A stretch of 64,000 nucleotides of DNA. Source: a virus. Lineage: Duplodnaviria; Caudoviricetes. The notes beneath the pieces are model-generated. The model did not search any database. It was not told where the DNA came from and saw only the letters and a list, made by a program, of their open reading frames with translations. Below, piece after piece: positions 19,169 through 29,181 of the stretch. A program made the position numbers and the translations under genes. Numbering within the stretch: position 1 is the first letter of the stretch; each line of letters begins with the position of its first letter. The DNA lies in IMG/VR virus record IMGVR_UViG_3300033141_002949, positions 1,354 to 65,353 of that record; one strand, written 5' to 3'.

Positions 19169-20074
19169 TTACACTCCTATCCAGCGTTCGTACCATTCCA
19201 TATGAACGTTTGAATCTGCACCTGTGCCAAAAGCAGATACCTGCAACTGTGTGTCCTCACCGCTCTCCCTGTTGGGTTGCAGGTAAAAGTCCATCATGAC
19301 AGACTCCGGCGTGAGCGCCCAATAGATGTTCCCCCGCGTGCTGGACACTACGCTCCTGTGAGGAAATAGCGTTCTGATAGTGACGACCTCCCCGCGAGCT
19401 ATGCTAGTATTCAGTTGCAGGACAGCCCCCGTCGAGAGGTTGTGAATCGCTGGGCTGGTCATTGGACCGGTCAGCGTGATCGTAGGATACGCCGGCCATG
19501 TGCCGTTTATCGTCACGGTCTTCAGGTCGCTGATATGTGTAGCGCCATGGAAGATGATCGGGAACGTGGCAGGGAACACCAACTCGGTGATCACGATTGG
19601 CTCCTCGGCCCAAAGCAGTTCCCTACGCTCGCCGAACCACACGGGATCGTCCACCTGAAAGCGCAGTGCAAGCCGCTGTTGACGTGGACTCCCTGAGGTC
19701 CCCAGGTCCCCTTCCGCCCCCGCGTCATAGTACACATCGTGCAGGGCCATGATGCGCCCGTCGGGGTAATGCAGCTCCAACTGTAAAGCGCCCACACGAG
19801 GATTCAACAACTCTATGAGGTTCTGCCGTAAGCGCCACAGGTGCTCGCGGGAGCAGGCGTCCAGGACGACCGTCAGAGTGACCAAACGGGGCTGTAGGTA
19901 GAAATTATCAAATGACACACCGTGCTGAAACGGTGCCCGCACGACATTGTGCGCTATAGGGGGCATCCCGATGCCGCTCATGGACACCAGCGCCGTGGGC
20001 GCCGTGAAGTAGACCCGCCCGTTCGCTGAATCCCGCAGTTTGAAGAACTCGCCGTTATACATAGATTTCCCCAC
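19169..20074 (-). CDS. distal tail protein (Dit)
   Basis: Follows the TMP; PRLVTL, DPVWF, YPTITLTGP. Confidence 0.75.
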   Translation of the reverse strand: MGKSMYNGEFFKLRDSANGRVYFTAPTALVSMSGIGMPPIAHNVVRAPFQHGVSFDNFYLQPRLVTLTVVLDACSREHLWRLRQNLIELLNPRVGALQLELHYPDGRIMALHDVYYDAGAEGDLGTSGSPRQQRLALRFQVDDPVWFGERRELLWAEEPIVITELVFPATFPIIFHGATHISDLKTVTINGTWPAYPTITLTGPMTSPAIHNLSTGAVLQLNTSIARGEVVTIRTLFPHRSVVSSTRGNIYWALTPESVMMDFYLQPNRESGEDTQLQVSAFGTGADSNVHMEWYERWIGV

Positions 20075-22608
20075 TAAATCAGCTGCGCGAGTAGCTCTAT
20101 GTCCGCCTTGACGCTGGCCGGAGTCTGTACGCTTGGGTAGGTGGCCTGGACGTGGAACTCTGGACCCGTCTGCGTTATGTAGGTCGTGTTGTACGTGGGG
20201 CCGGCCATCATCGCCCCGAGGAAGCCCGTCATCGTGTCCAGCATGTTACGCATTCTGGCCACCTCCTCAGGTTCCGGCGTGCCTCTGGGGATCACAGGTT
20301 CGAGTGTGCGCTCTTCCTCCTCGATCTCGGGCGGGTGCGGCGGCACAGGAACAGGAACGGTAACGGGGGGCGCAGGAGTTGGTGTCGGCTCCGGTAGGGG
20401 AGGCGCTGGCGGCTCCCGTGGCGGAGTAGGCACAGGGGGAGTTGGGGCGGGGGCGGGCGTCACCTCTAACGGTGCCGGCGGCTCGGGTACGGAGGGAAGT
20501 TCCGGATACTCTTCGGCGAACTTCTTAAGCTCTTCGATGTACGCCTCCATTGCCAGGCGCGTGCGCTCCGCAGCTTTGGCGCGTTCCTCCTCCAAGTCGA
20601 GCAGATTTCGTAGATGCTCTTCTTGTTCCTTTAGCATCTCAAGGTGGTCACGTTCCTTCCCCAACGTGACTGAGAGTGCACTCTGATACCTTTGTGCGAG
20701 TTCAAGGGCGCGTTCCAGACGGATGCGCTCCTCCACCTGGCGGTCCTCGGCGAGTTGCAACTCCTCGCGGGCGCGGAGGACCCGCTCGTTCTCCAAGTCG
20801 ATCTGACGGTCGAGCGCTCGAAGTTGCTTGTCGAGCGCCTTCAGTTGTATCTCCGCGATGGTCTCAAGGTTTTGAATGCGTTCGCGCTCGTCCTGGAGCT
20901 GCCGCTGCATGAGGGCCAGTTCCTCTTGCTGGCGAGCAACGAGGTCCCCCTGTGCGATTTTCTGAGAGCGCAGTTCGAGAGCGCGCATAGAGCCGGCGCG
21001 CCCCAGAATCCTGTTGCGGACGTTCTCTATGAACAGCTCGTGCTCGATGACTTGCAGTCGCGCGCGGGAGGCGTCCACGAGCTGCTGGAACTTCTCAACC
21101 TGTGCCTCTAGCGCCGCCAAGTGCATTTCGAGCCGCTCGCGCTCCAGTTCTACGAGTTCCTGAAGGTCCTCGCGCTGGCGTTGAAGTTCCCTCCGCTGTC
21201 TTTCTAATGGAATGGTGATTGCCCGCGCGCTCGCTTCGACACGTCGCAGGTTGTTCCTGAGGGGTAGCAGCGCATCGTCCAGTGCGTCTATCTGCGCCTG
21301 CCAAGCTCTAGTAGCGTCGGCAGCTCTCTCGACTTGGCGTTCCAAATCGGCTATGCCCGCCTCTGCTAAGCGCACCCACGTGCGTGCGTCCTGCCAAAGC
21401 TGCGTCATTCGGTCGATAATCGGCGATGTAACGGCTATCTTCTCCAGGGGGATTTCCATTATTTTATCAAAAGCAGAGCGCGCACGTTGCGCTGCCGCCG
21501 CCGTGAGGTCCAGGCTGCCGGCCAGATCGTCCGCTGCCCTAGCCGAGTTGCGTGCCCAGGCGACGAAACCTGCCGTGACCAAGGCGACTACCGCAGCCAC
21601 CAGCGCAGCCACCCAACCACCCGAAATACCTAAGGCGCCCGCCAACTTAGTCAGGAACGGCAGCGCCCCTGCCAACGCTTTGATCGCAAGGACAGTCTTG
21701 GTGATAGCGAACGCTACCGAGGCGATGGTGCCCGCTGCTGCCGTAGTTACGGCGACCGTGGCGATGAAGTCGGTGATCAACTCCTTCGTCTCAGGGGAGA
21801 GCTGTTCCAAATTCTCCAACAGGTCTGCGAAGGCGCCCACAACCTTCGCCGCCGCCGGGAGTAGTTGCTCGCCGAGACTCTTACGTATCTCCTCAGATGC
21901 TGTAGCTACGCGCTCCATCTGGTAGGCCAACTGGTCCTGAGTCTCCGCGTGCGCGCCGGAGACGCGCACGGCCTGCTCCATGGTGTAGTTGTACACGGCC
22001 TGCTGGCGCTCGGCCAGCGTCAGCTCAGAGGTCTTCTTGTCCAACGCACGTGCAGCACGGTTGTAGACATCCTCTGCACGCACAGCGATGCCCACTGCAC
22101 GCAGCCCCTCTGCGTTGCCCGATATATAGGCTTGTGTGAGGGCCGTCAAAACGGCGATGCGTTCCTGGTCGTAAGCTGTCGCTATGTCGTTGGCCGCCGC
22201 CGCCAGCTCGATTGCATGTGTGGCCTCCAACTGCGCGCCTATGAGACTATTGATAACCGTATGCGCCTCACGGGAGGTGTACAGCTGCTCCCGCATACTC
22301 GCTACGATCTTATCAATAGTCTCGGCGCTCACACCGTTGATCAAAGCCATGACGCGCGTCGCCGTAGTCAAACTCTCGGCGTCCTTGGCCGCGCTCAAAA
22401 ACGACGTAGACAACGCGGCCGCAGCCGCACCAACGGCCATAAGGGTGCCGCCCAGGAGCGCGGCACCACGCGCGGCAGCGCGCATGGCGGTCTCCGTGTC
22501 GACGGCCTCCCCCATCCTCTTCGCTATAGACTCGACGCGGCGAAGGCCAGACTCCACGGCGGCGACGCCCAAGAGCTGTAGTTGTAGTCCCACGAACGGC
22601 ACGGCCAT
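20074..22608 (-). CDS. tape measure protein; start uncertain (22608 or 22641)
   Basis: Ala-rich helical protein with hydrophobic segments, long coiled coil and Pro-rich C-terminus; follows the chaperone pair. Confidence 0.8.
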   Translation of the reverse strand: MAVPFVGLQLQLLGVAAVESGLRRVESIAKRMGEAVDTETAMRAAARGAALLGGTLMAVGAAAAALSTSFLSAAKDAESLTTATRVMALINGVSAETIDKIVASMREQLYTSREAHTVINSLIGAQLEATHAIELAAAANDIATAYDQERIAVLTALTQAYISGNAEGLRAVGIAVRAEDVYNRAARALDKKTSELTLAERQQAVYNYTMEQAVRVSGAHAETQDQLAYQMERVATASEEIRKSLGEQLLPAAAKVVGAFADLLENLEQLSPETKELITDFIATVAVTTAAAGTIASVAFAITKTVLAIKALAGALPFLTKLAGALGISGGWVAALVAAVVALVTAGFVAWARNSARAADDLAGSLDLTAAAAQRARSAFDKIMEIPLEKIAVTSPIIDRMTQLWQDARTWVRLAEAGIADLERQVERAADATRAWQAQIDALDDALLPLRNNLRRVEASARAITIPLERQRRELQRQREDLQELVELERERLEMHLAALEAQVEKFQQLVDASRARLQVIEHELFIENVRNRILGRAGSMRALELRSQKIAQGDLVARQQEELALMQRQLQDERERIQNLETIAEIQLKALDKQLRALDRQIDLENERVLRAREELQLAEDRQVEERIRLERALELAQRYQSALSVTLGKERDHLEMLKEQEEHLRNLLDLEEERAKAAERTRLAMEAYIEELKKFAEEYPELPSVPEPPAPLEVTPAPAPTPPVPTPPREPPAPPLPEPTPTPAPPVTVPVPVPPHPPEIEEEERTLEPVIPRGTPEPEEVARMRNMLDTMTGFLGAMMAGPTYNTTYITQTGPEFHVQATYPSVQTPASVKADIELLAQLI

Positions 22609-22641
22609 ACCCGCCGTGCCTGGTAAACTACGTCCTAACAC

Positions 22642-22890
22642 TTATGGCTTCCTTCCTTGCCTCGGCTGCATTTTCCGCCTTAACACGGTGGACAACTTTT
22701 GCTGCGCCCGAAAATGCGCCACACACATCGCCCTCTCGTGGGGCGGCAACGACATGAACCTCCCATACTCCATATGAGAGAACCGCGCGGCCTCTCGCAT
22801 CTCCCAGAGGTAACTGAACCGCACCTCCGGCTCGGGGTCTCTAGGCGGTGGAAGCGCCTCCAAAGCGCTATCCAACGGCTCTCCGTCCAC
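22642..22890 (-). CDS. tail assembly chaperone, C-terminal (gpT-like) ORF
   Basis: Overlaps the end of the upstream chaperone in another frame; lies directly before the TMP. Confidence 0.6.
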   Translation of the reverse strand: MDGEPLDSALEALPPPRDPEPEVRFSYLWEMREAARFSHMEYGRFMSLPPHERAMCVAHFRAQQKLSTVLRRKMQPRQGRKP

Positions 22891-23440
22891 GAAGATCTGG
22901 AAACAACTTTTCCGCTTCGGCGATGTCCTCCTCTGTCACTCCGCTCAGGCGGTTGCACATACTCTGGATCTTCTCGTAATCGTCTGCCGTAGTGATCACG
23001 CGATAGCGTAACCACTCTACATAACGGGCTGCGGGGGACGTCGGTACGACGACGCCCAACCAGGCAAGCTCCTCCAACCAGTCGTCGTCCTCCTCGAAAG
23101 GTTTTATGTCCTCTGGAAGACCTACGACCTCTACACCGCGAAGGAGCGTCAACCGCTGCACCGCCTCGGAGATGTTCAGCGTCCTCTCGCGCAAAGCCGC
23201 TATATACTCGGGGTCATCGGGGTTCGGCTCCTTCCAACGTTTACCACCCGACTCTATCTCTACCATCGGTGGCTTCGGCTCGGGGAACTGCGTCCAGATG
23301 CGGGACAGCATAGAGTTGGGAAGGGCCTTGCATAGGACCCTGGCCCCGTTGGAAAGTGTGACCTCTGGAGAGAACTCGTCCTTTCCCTCAGCAACGTTCT
23401 CGACTGCCTGTACGACCTTCTCCTCGTTTACCTCGGACAT
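22868..23440 (-). CDS. tail assembly chaperone (gpG-like)
   Basis: Between major tail protein and TMP; acidic; GGAGG-type RBS. Confidence 0.7.
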   Translation of the reverse strand: MSEVNEEKVVQAVENVAEGKDEFSPEVTLSNGARVLCKALPNSMLSRIWTQFPEPKPPMVEIESGGKRWKEPNPDDPEYIAALRERTLNISEAVQRLTLLRGVEVVGLPEDIKPFEEDDDWLEELAWLGVVVPTSPAARYVEWLRYRVITTADDYEKIQSMCNRLSGVTEEDIAEAEKLFPDLRGRRAVG

Positions 23441-23477
23441 CCTCGCCCTCCACTACGTGCGCCCTCGAATGCTTCTC

Positions 23478-23512
23478 GCACAGGGGAGTGGAGGGCGCAC
23501 ACTCCCCTGTGC
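23478..23512. terminator. 13-bp hairpin after the major tail gene
   Basis: GCACAGGGGAGTG/CACTCCCCTGTGC; no U-tract on the minus strand. Confidence 0.45.
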
Positions 23513-23527
23513 TTTATCGGAACGGGT

Positions 23528-25024
23528 TTACGCTCCGACGACCAGGATGCCATCCTCGTCGTCTTCGCCAACTCCGCCGCCGACGACAAAGTTAGGACTG
23601 ACCCCCGCCGAGAGGGAGTATATCCCGTTGTTGCTTGGGATGCTTCCCGCGCCCTCGGGCAGGATGTACCAGGAATTACCGTGGTCGATGGTCCGCAGGA
23701 TGCGCCCATCGTAGCCAGTCGCCACATCGTACTTGGTATGCGCCAAGAACCCGAACGGTCCGGCGGGATGTCGTGCGAACACGATGTCCTCCACCCTCCC
23801 TGTGCCGGAGCCTGGGAAGGTGATCTCGGACCAGGTAGCGCCCGCATCGTTGGTGTACCAGAGGTGGCCTGCGTTGTCGCCAACCAACCAACGATACGTG
23901 GTCTGCATCCACACACAGTTGATGTCGTCCAAGGTGGGTGTCGTGGGGGCCAGCGCCCATGCCAGGCCTCCGTTGTTGGTGTACAACAGCGTACCGTTTC
24001 CGCCGCCCACCAGAACGTCCTGCGAGTTGCAGGCGTGGATACAAGTAAGGTCTTCCCCCGCCGCCAGAGTGCCGGCCTCTTGGACCTCGTATGAGGACGT
24101 TGGCGACTCAGAGAACCAGATGTGCCCGTTCGTGCCAACTACCCACACAATCGTCGCAGCCAGTGCGAAGACGGCGATGGGGTCTGCCACCCCTGCGAAA
24201 CCGTCGGTCACTTCTGCCCAGGTGTCCAGTGACGTAAGATCCGCATAGCTCACGGAGCCAGCCGCCGTGGAGGGCACCAATACGCGGGCACCAGCGACGG
24301 CCAACCCCGTGGGCTGCTCGTCGCCCGTCAGCGTAGTGATGTCGTACTCCATGACCGTCCTGCCCTGGTTGATGGAGACGATCAGCTCGGGGGGAAGCCC
24401 TGGCGACGCTGCGCCCGAGCCTTGCATGACTGCAAGGATTCGTTGGTTGCCGTCCGACAGATAGCCGCAATCCCCACAGGAGATGTAGTCGGCTACCAGA
24501 ACTTTCACTACGGTGCGCAAGATTGCCTCGTCAGCGCGCTCAGTAAGCATCATACGACGCACCTCTTGGATGCGCGTAGCCGACAGGCTGGCGGTCAACT
24601 CGACGAGGGCCTGCTGGTCCTCCGAGATGGCCGTGAGATCGGTCGCCTCGATGCTGGACAGTTCCGCGCCCTCGAAATCGAAGATGAGGTCCCATCCCCT
24701 ATGCAAGTCCGTAGGGTCCTGGCAGGAGCCGTAGTGCACCTGCAAGTGCAGAGGACACGGCGTCTCCATGAGTTCGTTGGCATGACTCAAACGGGCGGAA
24801 ACCGACGTGGTTGGAAGCCCGGCCTCACCCTTGATCTTGCCGACGATCTCGAACTGGTCGTATGCCTTCATGGACGGTTCCTTGATTGGAGTCACGTCCC
24901 CAAAGGGGATCGTGAATCCGCCCATACGCATACGGCCTCGATATTCTAGCGGATGATCGGGGCTGCCTCCGTACATTTGGAGAAAGACCCGGCCTTGGCC
25001 TGTCTTGAAGATTCGCTCAGGCAT
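23528..25024 (-). CDS. major tail (tube) protein with C-terminal BNR/YCF48-like beta-propeller
   Basis: Position before the chaperones; repeated TNNGGLAW, TNDAGATW, TIDHGNSW Asp-boxes. Confidence 0.7.
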   Translation of the reverse strand: MPERIFKTGQGRVFLQMYGGSPDHPLEYRGRMRMGGFTIPFGDVTPIKEPSMKAYDQFEIVGKIKGEAGLPTTSVSARLSHANELMETPCPLHLQVHYGSCQDPTDLHRGWDLIFDFEGAELSSIEATDLTAISEDQQALVELTASLSATRIQEVRRMMLTERADEAILRTVVKVLVADYISCGDCGYLSDGNQRILAVMQGSGAASPGLPPELIVSINQGRTVMEYDITTLTGDEQPTGLAVAGARVLVPSTAAGSVSYADLTSLDTWAEVTDGFAGVADPIAVFALAATIVWVVGTNGHIWFSESPTSSYEVQEAGTLAAGEDLTCIHACNSQDVLVGGGNGTLLYTNNGGLAWALAPTTPTLDDINCVWMQTTYRWLVGDNAGHLWYTNDAGATWSEITFPGSGTGRVEDIVFARHPAGPFGFLAHTKYDVATGYDGRILRTIDHGNSWYILPEGAGSIPSNNGIYSLSAGVSPNFVVGGGVGEDDEDGILVVGA

Positions 25025-25310
25025 TTTTGTTACCTCCGGTGATACGCTCCAGAAAGTCGTGTACCCAGTTGGAACCCCTCCCCAACAGGATACCCGTAAG
25101 GATCACACCGACGTAGGGGATAGCACTCTCCAACCGCAGGAATTCCGTGAAGAGATCCAGCGAGAAGTTGAACGCCAGCAGTACACCTACCAAAGGGGCC
25201 ACGTACTTCTTATAACGGTCCGCCGGTGTGTCGGTCAGGAAATACTCCGTAAGGCTCTCAGCCAAGAACGCCAAGAGCGTCGTAACCAACGTCGTGTCTA
25301 TAACACTCAT
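25017..25310 (-). CDS. small membrane protein, holin-like
   Basis: Three hydrophobic segments; TGILLGRGSNWVHD; AGGAGG RBS. Confidence 0.65.
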   Translation of the reverse strand: MSVIDTTLVTTLLAFLAESLTEYFLTDTPADRYKKYVAPLVGVLLAFNFSLDLFTEFLRLESAIPYVGVILTGILLGRGSNWVHDFLERITGGNKNA

Positions 25311-25318
25311 TGCTCCTC

Positions 25319-26545
25319 CTAAACGCTAATACCCATCGGCGCATGAAGTTCCCTCGTGACCAGCTGGTAGGCCTCCCACGCGCCATTTTGTGCCCCCCAC
25401 GGGCATATCTGCTGCGCGTATGGAGGGTTGTCGGGGATCATCTGCCAACGCTCCACGAGATTCTGTGGCGGCCCATACGTGTCGAGCGTCTTCGCCACCC
25501 GCGCCGTAGCCAACGCTGCAACCGCTCGCGCCATGCGGGGACTCATCCAGCCGTGAGCGTTCAGGGCTACCCCCGCCTGATAGTGACAACGCACCACGTC
25601 TGGTCGTCCAGGGAGGCTCCCGGCCACCCAAACAGCGTCGTCCTCATCCCACGTGGCCGGAATGACGTGTACGTCGCTCGTCACACCGTCGCGCACCTGC
25701 ATCACTCCACGCCGAGCTGCGTAGTACGTAGGGTCTGTTGTGGCGATGCTTTGACGAAGGAACTCCACAGGGGCGTTGTCCTCTCCCTCCGTGGTCGTCG
25801 TCTCACGATAGACATTCACTGTCTTCAGGTAGTTGTCGGGGTCGTCGCCATCGATCCCGCGCGTAGCACCCTCCTCTGTGCCGTAGTACTCCCACAGGTC
25901 GGGCAGCACGAATTGAGCGCTGTTTCCGCGAATCGTAATGCCCGTTTCGAGCAACGTAAAGCGCAGGAACCGTATACGGTTTTCGCACGACACGTCGTCG
26001 TTGTGGACGACTACGATCTCCCCGGCAGACCAACCGCTCGCGTCTATGTCGGGGATCACAATCTCTGCGGTCTCCTTGAAGCCGTCCCCATCATTGTCAA
26101 TATAGTCTACTGTCACGTCCAACGCGACCTCCTGGACGCGACGACGCCCAGGCGCTTGCAGGTGCCCCCAATTCAAGGTCATTCGCGGATACAGCCTATA
26201 AAAATCCCTGTATCCGGCTGGGATGTCGTGCAGTTGTAGCAAACCAACCTCAGGCAGCCCCGTCGCCCGTGGGAACTGATGTACCTCGTTCGTGATCCAT
26301 ACGGGGGCGGGCCAATATCTCAACCTTTCGGCGATGGTCTGTTCCGCCTCTGCGATGGCCACGGCCAGCTCTTCACGGGAGGCCTTGCCGCTGGCCATCC
26401 AACCGTGCTGGTACCACAACGTAGACACATCCCGTTTAGGCGGGAACTGCGCACAGATGACCGAGTTGAAATGTCTCGGCTCTTGGCCGGTGATGAACGC
26501 ATATTGATCCAGACTCAGGAGTGTCGGGGTGCTCGCTTTAGCCAT
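25319..26545 (-). CDS. head-tail adaptor-like virion protein
   Basis: AIAEAEQTIAERL..P and YQAG motifs; position between head and tail genes. Confidence 0.6.
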   Translation of the reverse strand: MAKASTPTLLSLDQYAFITGQEPRHFNSVICAQFPPKRDVSTLWYQHGWMASGKASREELAVAIAEAEQTIAERLRYWPAPVWITNEVHQFPRATGLPEVGLLQLHDIPAGYRDFYRLYPRMTLNWGHLQAPGRRRVQEVALDVTVDYIDNDGDGFKETAEIVIPDIDASGWSAGEIVVVHNDDVSCENRIRFLRFTLLETGITIRGNSAQFVLPDLWEYYGTEEGATRGIDGDDPDNYLKTVNVYRETTTTEGEDNAPVEFLRQSIATTDPTYYAARRGVMQVRDGVTSDVHVIPATWDEDDAVWVAGSLPGRPDVVRCHYQAGVALNAHGWMSPRMARAVAALATARVAKTLDTYGPPQNLVERWQMIPDNPPYAQQICPWGAQNGAWEAYQLVTRELHAPMGISV

Positions 26546-29181
26546 CAGCGCTCCTCTACGGGGACGACCCTGAAGATGCCCGGCCATCGCCTCAGGAAGA
26601 AGTCCACGTCCTTAGACTTAACGTACTGCCTCGAATCCTTGCCTTCTCCAAAGTGGTATCTGCCGCCGCCCGGCACGCGGAGGACTCTGTGCCCAGAAAT
26701 CCCAGAGGACATCTCCAACAGCACGCCTCTATCCTTGACATCATTGGGCTGCGTTTGCAACACTGTAGGTCGCTTCACTTGCAGGATACCATTAGAGGCC
26801 CCTGACGCGCATCGACTGCAACTGCGTCTGGGTTTGGGAACCGCCGATGCGTACCTGGCTTTGATCCTCTCCAAAAGCTCGTCCTCTCGCTCCAGACTTG
26901 CCTCGCGGCGCAGCCCTGTATCGTAGCAGTACACGAACAGCGGCTTCGGAACGCGGACGCCTTTGTACCCCTCCAGGCCCAGACGGATCATATAGTCCCA
27001 ATCTTCCCACAAAGGGAGCGTTTCGTCAAAACCGCCAACCGTCTTCCAGGCCGCCTTAGGATGCACGTTGGTCACGGCAAAGAGCGCGTACTCCAACAAA
27101 CGGGACAGGTTCCAGTTCTTCGCCTGATGTTCCTTGCCCTCGGGACTCGAAATCCAATCCGTGTACACGATGACGGAATCCGTCTCGCAGTTCTCGGTGA
27201 TCTCCAAGGTGGCCTTGAAGTAGTCCCTCAGGAGATAGTCGTCGGCGTCCAGAAAGCACAGGAACCGCCCACGCGCGATCTCCGCCCCTACATTGCGCGC
27301 TGCGGAGACGTTTCCTGGGTGTGGATTCTCCAACCAACGCACCCAGGGGTACACCTGCTCGTAAGGTATCGCGCCCCCTTGCTGGCGCAGAGGGACGATC
27401 TCCTGCGTATCGTCCACGACAATGAGCTCCCATCGCGGGTCCGTCTGCGCCGCCACAGACTCTATGGCTTTGCGGACGTGCTCTACATGGCGCGGGCCTA
27501 CGGGGATGACCACCGAGACCATCGGCTCGTCGTAAGGGTAGACAGGATGCGAGATATGCTTCGGCGGCACACGGGAGGCAATGGGCTGCGACCCCCCGTT
27601 GGCCCCCGGGAGCCAAAAGGACCAGTCTGGCTCCTTCCCTGCGCCACGAACCTTGCTGGTCGCGCTCTTATCGTGCATCCGATAGACATACACCGGCTCC
27701 TCGGTGACTTGCGCGATGTCGTAGCCGGCGAGGGTCAGGCGCGTCCACAGCTCCGCGTCCTCTGCCGGAGCCAACAGTTGTCTGAAGCCCCCTGTACGGA
27801 GGAAAGCCTCTCGACGCATCATGTTGAAGCTGGGCACGCAGTTCTGACGATTCACCTGCTTCGACGCATCGAAAGCGCCCGGCCAGGCGCCCACGCTTGT
27901 GGTCTTAGCCTCCGCGTCGGTCAGATACAGCTTTCCGTAGGCCAGCCCCAGACGACGATCCGCAAGCATCGGCTTCAGCAGTCGCCTCAACGCGCCAGGC
28001 ATCAGGAAATCATCCGCGTCGAGGAAGCATATGAATGGAGCCTCAGACGCCATTGCGCCGGCGTTGCGTGTGTCGGCGACGCCTGTGTTCGCTTTGTCGA
28101 TTACACGACAGCGGGGGTCGTCGCCTATGGCCTCGCGGATGACCTCCAGAGAGCCATCCGTCGAGCCGTCGTTGACTACGATCAGTTCCCAATCGACGCC
28201 TTTCTGCTCTTTGACACTCTCAATAGCCCTGCCCACGTACTGTTCGTAATTATAACACGGAATGATAACCGAGACCTGCGCCTGCGACTCCTCCCGTTTG
28301 GCAGCTAAAGCGGCGTTGTACACCGTGCGATACGCACGCGCAGCGTTCTTCCAGGTGTACGACAGCGCCCTCTCTCGTGCGGCCTTGCTCAAGCGTTCGT
28401 AGTTGTCCAGAATATAGTGCAGGCCCTCCCGCTCAGCGTCCAGATCGTAGGGATCAACCAGATATCCCTCAACGTCGTGCCGCACGATGTCCGGCGTCGC
28501 CCCCCACTTCCAACCGAGCACAGGGAGACCGGCGGCCATCGCCTCCAACGTCCCGATGCCAAACGTCTCCTTGGTGGACGAATAGTAGATGCCACACCTG
28601 TAGATGACCTCCCGCATTCGTTGTATAGGCTGGAGGCCGATGACCGTGACGTTGCGGGCTTCTTCGCCAAAGGTGGTCACGAACCGAAAATCTGGACACG
28701 CCTCCGCGAGTCGGTTTACGGGCTTGGGGTTGCATACGTCTGTATCGCGGTTCTTGTTCCACAGGACGATAGCGCGCACCTCTCGCGGTCCCGGTGCAGG
28801 CCACTCCCGCATGTCTATCCCATGCGGGACGACATGCGGCCAGAAGCCTAGGTCGCGGGCGAAGATCTCCCCGACCCACCGGCTGGGCACGGTCACGGCG
28901 TATGCCGAACGCACCGCGTCTATGACGCGCGCGTTCACCTCCCACGCCCAGGAACCCATAGACAACGACGCCGTAGGGTACAGCCCGTGACAATGCACCA
29001 CATCAACCGGATCGCCGTTAGGCGAACAGATGTGGACGGCTCGCAAATGCGCATCATCGCGGTCGGAGGTCAACTCGACGCCTACCGCTGGCAGTGTGCG
29101 GTGCATGTAATACACAGCAACGTCGAGACCGCTGTTGAGGCGCTCTACAGGTTTTGGATTTGGATGCAACCAAACTCTCAT
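26545..29181 (-). CDS. multidomain glycosyltransferase (GT4 + GT2 + GT2)
   Basis: ETFGIGTLEAMAAGLP (GT4); two VSV[IV]IP..., VV[ND]D, RNxGA, FLDADD, EDx[ED] sets (GT2). Confidence 0.92.
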   Translation of the reverse strand: MRVWLHPNPKPVERLNSGLDVAVYYMHRTLPAVGVELTSDRDDAHLRAVHICSPNGDPVDVVHCHGLYPTASLSMGSWAWEVNARVIDAVRSAYAVTVPSRWVGEIFARDLGFWPHVVPHGIDMREWPAPGPREVRAIVLWNKNRDTDVCNPKPVNRLAEACPDFRFVTTFGEEARNVTVIGLQPIQRMREVIYRCGIYYSSTKETFGIGTLEAMAAGLPVLGWKWGATPDIVRHDVEGYLVDPYDLDAEREGLHYILDNYERLSKAARERALSYTWKNAARAYRTVYNAALAAKREESQAQVSVIIPCYNYEQYVGRAIESVKEQKGVDWELIVVNDGSTDGSLEVIREAIGDDPRCRVIDKANTGVADTRNAGAMASEAPFICFLDADDFLMPGALRRLLKPMLADRRLGLAYGKLYLTDAEAKTTSVGAWPGAFDASKQVNRQNCVPSFNMMRREAFLRTGGFRQLLAPAEDAELWTRLTLAGYDIAQVTEEPVYVYRMHDKSATSKVRGAGKEPDWSFWLPGANGGSQPIASRVPPKHISHPVYPYDEPMVSVVIPVGPRHVEHVRKAIESVAAQTDPRWELIVVDDTQEIVPLRQQGGAIPYEQVYPWVRWLENPHPGNVSAARNVGAEIARGRFLCFLDADDYLLRDYFKATLEITENCETDSVIVYTDWISSPEGKEHQAKNWNLSRLLEYALFAVTNVHPKAAWKTVGGFDETLPLWEDWDYMIRLGLEGYKGVRVPKPLFVYCYDTGLRREASLEREDELLERIKARYASAVPKPRRSCSRCASGASNGILQVKRPTVLQTQPNDVKDRGVLLEMSSGISGHRVLRVPGGGRYHFGEGKDSRQYVKSKDVDFFLRRWPGIFRVVPVEER

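Noticed and set aside
27061-28308. Long opposite-strand ORFs (this one and e.g. 34617-35651, 62792-63658)
   Set aside because: Shadow frames of well-supported genes in GC-rich DNA, lacking RBSs and motifs
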